Below the pieces are notes generated by a model that was not told the origin of the DNA, did not search any database, and saw nothing but the letters and a program-made list of their open reading frames with translations. This document shows, one piece after another, positions 25,701-32,000 of a stretch of DNA of 32,000 bases. This DNA comes from Gemmata obscuriglobus. GTDB taxonomy: Bacteria; Planctomycetota; Planctomycetia; Gemmatales; Gemmataceae. The translations under genes were made by a program, and so were the position numbers. How positions within the stretch are numbered: position 1 is the first letter of the stretch; each line of letters opens with the position of its first letter. The stretch is taken from positions 990,001 through 1,022,000 of the forward strand of contig NZ_CP042911.1 in the NCBI RefSeq assembly GCF_008065095.1, given 5' to 3'.

Positions 25701-26067
25701 CATCCAGTCGCTGCTGGGGGTGATCTTCATGGTGGGCATCGTGGTGTCGAACACGGTGCTGCTGACCGACTTCGCGATCAACCTGCAAAAGGCCGAAGGG
25801 CTGACCGCGAACGAGGCGATCAAGCGGGCCGGGGCGATCCGGGTGCGCCCGGTGGTGATGACCGCGATGGCGACGTTCTTCGCGCTGATCCCGATGGCGC
25901 TCGGTCTGGCGAAAGGGAGCGAGGCGAACGTGCCGCTGGGCCGGGCGGTGCTCGGAGGGCTGGTGGCGGGGCTGTTCACGACGCTGTTCGTGGTGCCGTG
26001 CGTGTACTCGCTGCTCGTGCCCGATCGGCCCGGTGACAGTGGTGATGAGGAGCCGACCGCGGCGTAA
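22711..26067 (+). CDS. efflux RND transporter permease subunit (AcrB/HAE-type)
   Basis: The ORF is 1118 aa. MNPLIRFSLGNPRAITVLMLTIAIGG, two large periplasmic loops each followed by TM bundles, and conserved-looking TM4-type segments (LAGLALAIGPLVDNAIVVLEN; VIFMVGIVVSNTVLL) are typical of RND pumps. Confidence 0.9.
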   Translation: MNPLIRFSLGNPRAITVLMLTIAIGGGAALGSIPADILPVYKAPAVQVLTFYGGMSATNVESGITARTERWVGQAAGTRRQESRSIVGASIIRNYYSDDTDPSAALTQVNSLSTAAIPNLPPGTLPPVVLPYDPTSSTPVAIVALNSKTQGESVLFDTARYQVRSMIMSAPGANAPVVYGGKVRTVLAYLDRQAIQARGLSPLDVMDALDRSNVFLSTGGAKFGGVDYALDSNSMYDLIDRMGDVPIRAGRDGQMVFLRDVAQPRDSNIIQTNIVRVDGRRQVYIPVYRQQGASTLGVVNNLRGDLPEMKDRLTTPDVDLKLVMDQSVYVQSAIHSLAEEGVLGAVLCSLVILLFLGEWRMTVIAVLTVPVAVLGAVACLFGATQTINVMTLAGLALAIGPLVDNAIVVLENTHRHLGLGARPREAAFFGASEVALPALAATLCTLLVLLPLALIPGLGPFLFKPMFLAVAFAMVVAYLVSMTFVPTRCAAWMRHHPHPGPVETHETDYQHKNEHETPPARGPWGLLFEKWESFLDGVFKGYATLLTAVLQARVLVIGGAFALLAAVVVLIGPHLRQEFFPEVDAGSFEVYVRAGSGTRIEVTEGYVEAVEKYVKQVTGNDLELVISELGLTADWSAAFTPNSGPMDAVVKVQLKPDRVKSAQQCVAALRGGFATDPEFERLLQETYTRKTAAQELPDGVAPFSRVNLEFAFDSGGLIRSAMNEGKSTPLNVKVTGKNLEKNRRVAEKILAEVRAVDGVVDARIVQRLNYPGYVIEVDRTKAASLGLNQSEVMKNVVAAFNSSVQFNKKNFWFDPVSHNQYYVGVQYPEGDVTSLETLLDIPITSPTQKKSVSLRTIATIRPTRSPSEIVHTNLQPTIDLTMGVAGRDLGHVAEDVNKVVAKFGKERKAGGWTPFDPDEQEPKPMEGAKVTLSGEYEKMQTTFKYQAMGMAAAVVLIYFLLVALFRSYVIPVVVLSAVPVGVIGVVLVLFVTGTALNIQSLLGVIFMVGIVVSNTVLLTDFAINLQKAEGLTANEAIKRAGAIRVRPVVMTAMATFFALIPMALGLAKGSEANVPLGRAVLGGLVAGLFTTLFVVPCVYSLLVPDRPGDSGDEEPTAA

Positions 26068-26113
26068 GAGCCGCTCCCCGCCCGTTTTAAGGGGCGGGGA
26101 GCGGCTCTTACGC
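26062..26113. terminator. bidirectional terminator-like hairpin between convergent RND and MFS genes
   Basis: GCGTAAGAGCCGCTCCCCGCCC (26062-26083) is the exact reverse complement of 26092-26113, giving a 22-bp perfect stem with the 8-nt loop GTTTTAAG. The RND TAA stop (26065-26067) lies inside the left arm, and the MFS stop (26117-26119) is 4 nt beyond the right arm. Confidence 0.6.
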
Positions 26114-26116
26114 CCG

Positions 26117-27634
26117 CTACGCGATCTTCTGCTCCGGCGCCGTCGCTTCCGGTGACGCCGGGGGCTTCGGCTCCGCGGTTGCGGGCGTTTCGTCCTTCGG
26201 CTCTGGCAGCATGAACGATGCGATCAGCGCGACAGCGTACACCGCAGCCCCGATAATGGCGGCCGCGGTCGCCACCCGCAGCGGGTTCTTCTCCGGACCC
26301 TCGCCCTGGAGGAACAGCGTCGACAGGAACTCCGTGTTCAGTGTCGCGGCCATCGTGCCGAACATGCGCCCGCCCACGTTGGTGGCGAACGCGCTACCGG
26401 TGCCGCGCAGGTGCAGCGGGAACACCTTCGGCAGGTACTCGCTGACGTAGCTGAACTGCGCCACCGTCATCAGCCCGCAGAAGAACACCGCGATCGAGAA
26501 CAGCACGAAGTTGCCCTGGTACAGCACCAAGTAGGTGAGCGGGAACAGGACGAGCCCCGGGAGCAGGAACGAGCGGATCAGCATCCGGCTCGAAACGTAC
26601 ACCACCAGCACCGCGAACAGGATGCGGCCCAGGAGCCCGCCGACCTCTTGCCACCGCTGCATCTCCCCGCGCTTCTCGTTGATCACGGTCGGCACGGCCG
26701 ATTTCGCCGCGGCCAGTTTCGCGTTGGCCGCCGCGTGCTCGGGCGTGTCGGCCTTCGTGCCCTTGAGTTCGGCGGTCGCGGCCTTCACGCGGTCCGGGGT
26801 TTCTTTCCGCACCTCGTTCACCGCGGGCAGCCCGGCGGCCATCACGAGCGGTCCCAACTGCAGCGCGCCGAACGCCGCCGCGTACCCGCACGCCGACAGC
26901 ACCGTGGTCACGATCGTGGTGCGCCGCAGTTCCGGCGAGAACAGCTCACCGAGGCTCGGGCGCTTCAGCGTGCCGGCCGCCTTGCGGGCCTTCCACACCC
27001 GGCTCTCGGGGACGAACGGCATGAACAACAGGATCAGCGCGCCGGGCACCAGACCCGTGAGCAGCGTGTACCGCCACGCGGCCGGCGCGATGCCGACCTT
27101 GTTGAGCCACGGCAGCCCCTCCGGGTGCGCTTTCAGGTCCGCGACGATCTCGTTGAACACCTCCGTCACGAGGATGCCGCCGAGCGACGCGAACGCGAGC
27201 GTCCACCCGATCGCGCGCTCGCGCTGGCGCTTGTCCTCGAACAGCTCCGCGAGCCACGCCACCGCCGCAACCGCCTCCACGCACACGCCGATGAACGTGG
27301 TGCAGCGGAACAGCACCAGGTGCCACAGTTCGGTACTGTAGGCCGCGGCGACCGGCGACAGCGAGTACACGAGGATGCTGCCGACCATCACCGTTTTGCG
27401 CCCGAACCGGTCCACCATGAACCCGCCGAGCAGCCCGAACACCCCGCCCGCCAGGGCCGCGATCCAGAGCATCCGGCCGCCCCACTGGCGCACCGCGTCG
27501 GACGTCTGTTCGACGTGCAGCAGCTCGGCCACCGCCTGCGCCCCGATCACGGGGAACATGAGCAGCTCGTAAGTATCGAACAGGAACCCGATGGCGGCGA
27601 CGATCAGCACGAGCCAGCGGACGAGCGGGGACAT
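26117..27634 (-). CDS. MFS transporter
   Basis: I prefer the ATG (CAT at 27632-27634) giving MSPLVRWLVLIVAAIGFLFDTYELLMFPVIG. There are multiple hydrophobic helices, an MFS-like DRFGRK motif after TM2, and a long charged central loop. The upstream part of the 570-aa ORF is Arg/Pro-rich and unlikely to be coding. Confidence 0.8.
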   Translation of the reverse strand: MSPLVRWLVLIVAAIGFLFDTYELLMFPVIGAQAVAELLHVEQTSDAVRQWGGRMLWIAALAGGVFGLLGGFMVDRFGRKTVMVGSILVYSLSPVAAAYSTELWHLVLFRCTTFIGVCVEAVAAVAWLAELFEDKRQRERAIGWTLAFASLGGILVTEVFNEIVADLKAHPEGLPWLNKVGIAPAAWRYTLLTGLVPGALILLFMPFVPESRVWKARKAAGTLKRPSLGELFSPELRRTTIVTTVLSACGYAAAFGALQLGPLVMAAGLPAVNEVRKETPDRVKAATAELKGTKADTPEHAAANAKLAAAKSAVPTVINEKRGEMQRWQEVGGLLGRILFAVLVVYVSSRMLIRSFLLPGLVLFPLTYLVLYQGNFVLFSIAVFFCGLMTVAQFSYVSEYLPKVFPLHLRGTGSAFATNVGGRMFGTMAATLNTEFLSTLFLQGEGPEKNPLRVATAAAIIGAAVYAVALIASFMLPEPKDETPATAEPKPPASPEATAPEQKIA

Positions 27635-27887
27635 TCCGGCGGCGCCGGGAGCGGGTAACGACACGGACAACTCCTTGGGGAGCGGGGGCGGTGGCCCCCG
27701 TGGCAGCGCGCATGCGGTGCGGTGGCGCGGGGCGGGCGGGACAGGGTTGAGCGTAGGCTGACGGCCGCGGGGCGGCAACGCGGCGCGGTTGCCTCTTGCG
27801 TTCGCCCGCGCGCGGCGTAACCATGTCACCGTCCCGCCATCGATTACCCGCCGGGACGTTCCCCCTTACAGTTTGGAGCACGTGACG

Positions 27888-28526
27888 ATGCGCCTCCCGA
27901 ACCTCTCCCGCGCCAGCGCCCTGGTCGCGGCGGCCCTCTTCGTCGCGCCCGCCGTCCGGGCCGACGACACCTCCGAGTTCCTCAACCCGGACAACTGGGA
28001 GGGCCGCGCCGACATCTGGAAGATCGACGCCAGGGCCAAGAGCGTGACCGGCGAGACCAAAGAGGACCCCAAGTACAACACGTTCCTCTGCTCCAAGGCG
28101 AAGTACGGCGACTTCGAGCTGACGTGCAAGGTGCGGCTGGTGAACGCGGTCGGCAACAGCGGTTTCCAGGTCCGCAGCGAGCGGTTCGACAAGGAGGGGG
28201 ACAAGCAGTCGTTCCGCGTCCGCGGGCCGCAGGTGGACATCGGCAAGGGGTACTTCGGCGGGCTGTACGGCGAGGGCGTCGGCGGGTACCTGCTGAAGCC
28301 GAAGAAGGACGCGGCCAAGCCGGCCGAGGTGAACGACTACAAGATCGTGGTGAAAGGCAACCACGTCACCGTGACGCTCAACGGCGAGGTCACCGTCGAC
28401 GAGGAGTTCCCGGACAACAAGGGCAAGAACCCGGCCCCGAAGGACGGGATCATCGCGTTCCAGGCGCACGCCGGGCCGCCGATGAAGGTCGAGTTCACGG
28501 ACATCAAGTTCACGAAGCTGAAGTGA
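27888..28526 (+). CDS. DUF1080-domain protein (3-keto-disaccharide hydrolase-like), secreted
   Basis: ATG 27888 gives MRLPNLSRASALVAAALFVAPAVRA as a signal peptide. ...YGDFELTCKVRLVNAVGNSGFQVRS...NDYKIVVKGNHVTVTLNGEVTVDE...GIIAFQAHAGPPMKVEFTDIKFTKL matches the concanavalin-like DUF1080 pattern I recall. Confidence 0.75.
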   Translation: MRLPNLSRASALVAAALFVAPAVRADDTSEFLNPDNWEGRADIWKIDARAKSVTGETKEDPKYNTFLCSKAKYGDFELTCKVRLVNAVGNSGFQVRSERFDKEGDKQSFRVRGPQVDIGKGYFGGLYGEGVGGYLLKPKKDAAKPAEVNDYKIVVKGNHVTVTLNGEVTVDEEFPDNKGKNPAPKDGIIAFQAHAGPPMKVEFTDIKFTKLK

Positions 28527-28676
28527 CCCGGCGCGACCGCGCGGGCGCAAGGGCACGACCTGACGAACGGGCCGTGCCCGGTCCGCGGCGGCTTGATTCG
28601 GTGTGACTCGGAATCAATGTTGAAGTGACCGCTTCACAGAACGTGAGCGGGCTCGCGTGAGATGGGCGAAAGGTGC

Positions 28677-28895
28677 TCAGCCGGTGCCGTCGGTCTCGTC
28701 CGGTTGGCCGCCGTTCGTCACCGCCGGGGCCTTGGCCCCGTGGATCGCGTCGTACACTTCCTGCCGGTGAACCGGCACGTCCTTCGGGGCCGCGATGCCG
28801 AGCCGCACCTTGTCCCCGCGGATCTCTACCACCGTGATGACGATGTCGTTGTTGATGACAATCGACTCGTTTTTTTTCCTGGACAGCACGAGCAT
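28677..28895 (-). CDS. csrA: carbon storage regulator CsrA (RNA-binding translational regulator)
   Basis: MLVLSRKKNESIVINNDIVITVVEIRGDKVRLGIAAPKDVPVHRQEVYDAI aligns along its length with the canonical CsrA sequence (MLILTRR.GE...IGD.I.V.V......VR.GI.AP..V.V.R.E.Y). A ~20-aa tail follows. A GGAAAG Shine-Dalgarno-like motif lies upstream. Confidence 0.9.
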   Translation of the reverse strand: MLVLSRKKNESIVINNDIVITVVEIRGDKVRLGIAAPKDVPVHRQEVYDAIHGAKAPAVTNGGQPDETDGTG

Positions 28896-29292
28896 TGGTG
28901 TTTATCTTTCCGTGGGTGAAAACCGATCGGTGCGAGGCACCGAACCCTATTCCCAGGCCCTTCAACGGCCAACCACCACGCCAGACGGGCGTGTGAGGCC
29001 GTGAACTAAACACCTCGCGGGCGAACGATAAAACGCGGAAGCGGTGGAAAAAGGCGTCAGAATTGCGCGGGCCGTCGGCGCACATTCTGTTACGCTTCCA
29101 CTGTAAAAGCGGGTAAGATGCGCCGTCAAGGAGCAATGTGTCCGTTTGTGACACATTTTTCACTTTTTTAGCTCACGAGAAGTGCGTCCGACGACTGGCT
29201 GCGAGCTTCGGGAACTCGCGAATGTGTCATTTCACGTGATGTGTGTGACTATCTGGTGCCGCTCCAGTTGTCCGCGCCCATTAAGGTCCCAT

Positions 29293-29352
29293 CCGCCTGC
29301 TGACACAGGCGGTTCGACCATGACTTGTCGAACCGCCTGTGTCAGCAGGCGG
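29293..29352. repeat. 60-bp nested perfect palindrome downstream of the HEAT-repeat gene
   Basis: CCGCCTGCTGACACAGGCGGTTCGAC (29293-29318) is the exact reverse complement of GTCGAACCGCCTGTGTCAGCAGGCGG (29327-29352), with an 8-nt spacer. Each 26-nt arm itself contains CCGCCTG-N6-CAGGCGG. Confidence 0.85.
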
Positions 29353-29390
29353 GTGGCGTGGGCAGTCAACTAACCTGAAGCGACGGAACC

Positions 29391-30425
29391 TCACGGCCCG
29401 CCGGCCGGGCCTACGCTCTCCGGCGGGACCGGCGGTAGCGCGCGGTAGTAGTCGGCAACCGACCGCACCGTCGGGTGCATGTCCGCGTCCGCAACCCGGC
29501 CGACCCAGATCGGCATCGGCAGCTTCCGCCCGCGCGCCAGTTCGACCATCACCCGCGCCGCGCCGGCACGCACCGCGGGCTCCGGGTCGCGGCTCAGCCG
29601 GTCGAGCCACTGCTCCGGGTCGGCAACGTCGTGGTCGTAACGCAGGTCCAAAAGCAGTTTCAGCCGCTCGGTGGCGTCCGGGTGCGTGAGCCGCCGGCCG
29701 AGCGTGATCTCCACGTCCGTGCGGTCGCGGGTGACCAGCGCGTCGTGACACACCCGGCGCACGCCCGGGTCCGGGTCGTGGAGCCACTTGAACAGTTCGT
29801 CGTCGCGCAGCACCTCCTCGCCGTCCGCCGAGCCGGCGACCGCGAACAGGCTCGCGCTCCGCACCGCCGGCTCCGGAGACGTGAGCAGCGGCACCACCTC
29901 GGCCCGCAGCCGGATCTCGGGGTGGATCGCGATCTTGACCGCCGCCAGTTGCACGTCCGGTTCCGGCGCCTTCAGGCACTCCGCGATGATCGCCCGGCAC
30001 CGGTCGGCGTAGGCCCCGCCGGTGCGGTTCAGAACCGTCGGCACGAGCCGCAGCACCCCCGCCTTCCCTTCCGGACCGCAGGACGGGTACGCCTCGATCA
30101 CCGTCGCGCAGATGGTCACCGCCCGCGTGTCGCCGTCGGGCAGCGCGCTCAGGTGCCGGTCGAGCGCCCCGACCGCGGCGGCGCGGGCCGGCTCGTTGCC
30201 CGTCTTCACGCACTCGACGAGCCGCCCGAACCCGGGGGCGCCGTAAGTCACCAGGGCGTCGGCCCACTGGTCGCGCTCCTGGTCCGTGCCGACCGTGCGG
30301 AGCTGCTGGGCCGCGTACCGCGCGCGGATCACCGAGGCGTTGAACGCCGCCCACACCCCGACGACCGTCAGGGCTGTCAGCACCAGCCCGGCGGCGCGAA
30401 CGGTCCACTTCTTCGGGGGCGTCAT
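29391..30425 (-). CDS. HEAT/ARM-repeat protein with N-terminal membrane anchor
   Basis: I prefer the ATG (CAT at 30423-30425) giving MTPPKKWTVRAAGLVLTALTVVGVWAAF. It has repeated ...P.VR..A...L helical motifs (EPARAAAVGALD, SPEPAVRSASLFAV, DPDPGVRRVCHDAL, DPEPAVRAGAARVM, DMHPTVRSVA) typical of HEAT repeats. Confidence 0.65.
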   Translation of the reverse strand: MTPPKKWTVRAAGLVLTALTVVGVWAAFNASVIRARYAAQQLRTVGTDQERDQWADALVTYGAPGFGRLVECVKTGNEPARAAAVGALDRHLSALPDGDTRAVTICATVIEAYPSCGPEGKAGVLRLVPTVLNRTGGAYADRCRAIIAECLKAPEPDVQLAAVKIAIHPEIRLRAEVVPLLTSPEPAVRSASLFAVAGSADGEEVLRDDELFKWLHDPDPGVRRVCHDALVTRDRTDVEITLGRRLTHPDATERLKLLLDLRYDHDVADPEQWLDRLSRDPEPAVRAGAARVMVELARGRKLPMPIWVGRVADADMHPTVRSVADYYRALPPVPPESVGPAGGP

Positions 30426-30642
30426 GGCTCTGGCTCCTCCAACTGCGCGCGACTGTGGGGCGCGCCGGCAGACTGCGTGCGCCGCGGAGGGTACCCCGGC
30501 CCCCGGCAACCGGGCAAGAGCAACCGGCCCTGGTAACCGGAATTACTGATGCCGCGGCCCCGCGGCGCTCGATCTTGACTCGGGCCGCAGGCCGCGGTTC
30601 CGCGCGAACCGCCATTTCCGGGCGTCACGGACGAAGGTGCCC

Positions 30643-31386
30643 ATGAATCGAACAGCCAAAGCGTTCAGTGTGTTGCTCGGCGGGCTCGCCGGCGGTGTGG
30701 CGGCCGCTGAACCGCCGGCGATGTCGGCCGCGGTCCCCGGCGCGGCCCCCGCCGCGCCGGCGCTGCCCAACACCGCCGGGCCGGTGCGGGTCCGGCTCGC
30801 CGACGTGGTCCACGCGGACTACCGCGACGCCGTCATGAGCGTCGTGAACAAGCCGACCGTGTCCACGAAGGCCACGGCCCCGGACCTGATCTGCACGGCC
30901 ACCATGTACGAGTGGCTGTTCGATCACCCGGACCGGGTGGCGCTGGCGTGGCAGCGGCTGAAGGTGCCGGCGGTGCCGATTACCGACGCCGGCAACGGGC
31001 TGTTCTCGTGGACCGACGAGCACGGCAGTGAGGTGGTGTGGCGCACGGTCGGCACGTTCCGGGACGGGCGCGTGTGGTACGCCACCGGGAAGGTGAAGCC
31101 CGGCCCCGCCACGCCGTCGGTCCCGGTGAAGGCGGTCGCGGTGCTGTCGCACCCGCAAAAGGCGGCAAAGGACGGGGTGGCGTCGTTCAGCACCAGCGTG
31201 CAGCTCTTCCTGGTGAGCGACAGCCGGGCCGCGAACCTCGCGCTGCGGCTCCTGGGGCCGGCCGCGCCGAAGGTGGCCGAGCAGGGCGCCGAACAGTTCC
31301 TGGAGTTCTTCAACGGCGTCGCGAACTACGTGCAGAAGAACCCCACCAAGGCCGACGCGCTGCTGGCACCGCCCGGGAAAAAGTAG
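30643..31386 (+). CDS. hypothetical secreted protein (247 aa)
   Basis: ATG 30643 gives MNRTAKAFSVLLGGLAGGVAAA, a signal-like segment, preceded by GAAGG. GC3 is high. I recognise no family. Confidence 0.6.
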   Translation: MNRTAKAFSVLLGGLAGGVAAAEPPAMSAAVPGAAPAAPALPNTAGPVRVRLADVVHADYRDAVMSVVNKPTVSTKATAPDLICTATMYEWLFDHPDRVALAWQRLKVPAVPITDAGNGLFSWTDEHGSEVVWRTVGTFRDGRVWYATGKVKPGPATPSVPVKAVAVLSHPQKAAKDGVASFSTSVQLFLVSDSRAANLALRLLGPAAPKVAEQGAEQFLEFFNGVANYVQKNPTKADALLAPPGKK

Positions 31387-31492
31387 CGCCGCGTCGTAAT
31401 CGCGTGAAATCTTCTCTTTTTGAGTTGAACCGAGTAATACGCCCGTTATCTTGATCCTCACGCCGTCTAATTTCGGGCGTGAGGGTTACATC

Positions 31493-32000
31493 ATGTCATT
31501 CAATGCACGCCGGGCCGGTTTCACGCTGATCGAACTGCTGGTGGTGATCGCGATCATCGCGATCCTCATCGGCTTGCTGCTTCCCGCCGTCCAGAAGGTG
31601 CGCGAAGCGGCGGCGCGGTTGAAGTGCAAGAACAACATGAAGCAGATCGGGCTGGCGCTCCACAACTACCACGACCGCAACAACGCCCTGCCCCCGGGGT
31701 ACTCGACGCGGGTGGTGAGCGGGGTGGAACAGGGCGCCGGGTGGGGTTGGGCCACGTTCCTGCTCGATGACCTCGAACAGGGCAACGTGCGGCGCCTGAT
31801 CGACACCAACACCGCGATCGGCGCGACCGCTCACGCGACCCCACGCACGCAAGTGCTGCCCGTGTTCTTGTGCCCGTCGGACGAGCGGATCGGCACGTTC
31901 ACCACGTCCGGGGCGAACCCCACCACCGTGGCGCACGCGAACTACGTCGGGGTGTTCGGCACCAACGAACCCGACGAAACCGTGAACGCCCCGAGCGCGG
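31493..32000 (+). CDS. DUF1559-domain protein with prepilin-type N-terminal cleavage/methylation motif (3' end outside the window)
   Basis: It is not in the ORF track because it runs off the window. From ATG 31493 the frame is open to the edge. [61 protein letters not shown] is the classic type IV pilin-like leader plus DUF1559 start, which is abundant in Planctomycetota. Confidence 0.85.
   Translation, partial: MSFNARRAGFTLIELLVVIAIIAILIGLLLPAVQKVREAAARLKCKNNMKQIGLALHNYHDRNNALPPGYSTRVVSGVEQGAGWGWATFLLDDLEQGNVRRLIDTNTAIGATAHATPRTQVLPVFLCPSDERIGTFTTSGANPTTVAHANYVGVFGTNEPDETVNAPSA

Noticed and set aside
27701-27715. A second sigma-54-like match, TGGCAGcgcgcATGC, on the plus strand upstream of the DUF1080 gene.
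   Set aside because: The GG-N10-GC spacing is right, but both the -24 box (TGGCAG) and the -12 box (ATGC) deviate from consensus. It lies ~170 nt from the ATG with no nearby activator gene. It is plausible by chance in GC-rich DNA.
29136-29171. A tiny ORF, ATG-TGT-CCG...TAG (MCPFVTHFSLF, 11 aa), preceded by AAGGAG.
   Set aside because: The Shine-Dalgarno-like motif is only 2 nt from the ATG, and the ORF is simply the AATGTGTC palindrome plus the T-tract. There is no supporting evidence for translation.
1-32000. A search for CRISPR arrays, tRNA or rRNA genes, intact IS elements with terminal inverted repeats, and recognisable defence or toxin-antitoxin gene pairs.
   Set aside because: None was found by eye. 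The only repeats are those listed above, and they lack the regular repeat-spacer periodicity of CRISPR. No transposase other than the Rpn-like gene is present, and no RT, Cas, Argonaute, cyclase or typical toxin domains were recognised.

Overview
This is a very GC-rich bacterial chromosomal window. Strong G/C bias at third codon positions lets the real reading frame be picked out from the many spurious overlapping ORFs in the track. The gene content includes a DUF1559/prepilin-type protein, two ThuA-like proteins, a DUF1080 protein, a HEAT-repeat protein and a large Ser/Thr-kinase fusion. That mix suggests Planctomycetota, possibly a Gemmata-like lineage; this is an inference, not a verified assignment.

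I call 22 protein-coding genes:
- anmK fragment
- Rpn/DUF4351 nuclease-like gene
- BadF-type sugar kinase
- S9 peptidase
- ThuA-like gene 1
- Ser/Thr kinase fused to a tubulin/FtsZ-like GTPase domain
- MscS-family channel
- TolC-family outer membrane protein
- hypothetical protein
- ThuA-like gene 2
- 65-aa membrane protein
- histidine kinase, NtrC-type sigma-54 activator, RND adaptor and RND pump
- MFS transporter
- DUF1080 protein
- csrA
- HEAT-repeat protein
- secreted hypothetical protein
- DUF1559 fragment

I saw no rRNA, tRNA, CRISPR array or intact IS element.

The most notable non-standard signals are:
1. Two copies of a roughly 280-nt multi-hairpin element bracket ThuA-like gene 2. 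Almost all differences between the copies are compensatory base-pair changes, including a 26-bp perfect stem whose sequence is completely different in the two copies while the loop and flanks are conserved.
2. A 1198-aa protein with an intact kinase domain joined to a tubulin-signature (GGGTGGG) domain, sitting behind a 618-bp non-coding leader.
3. A 60-bp A-tract/CACAAA repeat is present in two direct copies and one inverted copy between convergent genes.
4. A near-consensus sigma-54 promoter ties the two-component system to the RND efflux operon.
5. A nested 60-bp palindrome and clustered AATGTGTC motifs lie in the long low-GC region upstream of csrA.

All functional calls rest on remembered family motifs; no database search was possible.
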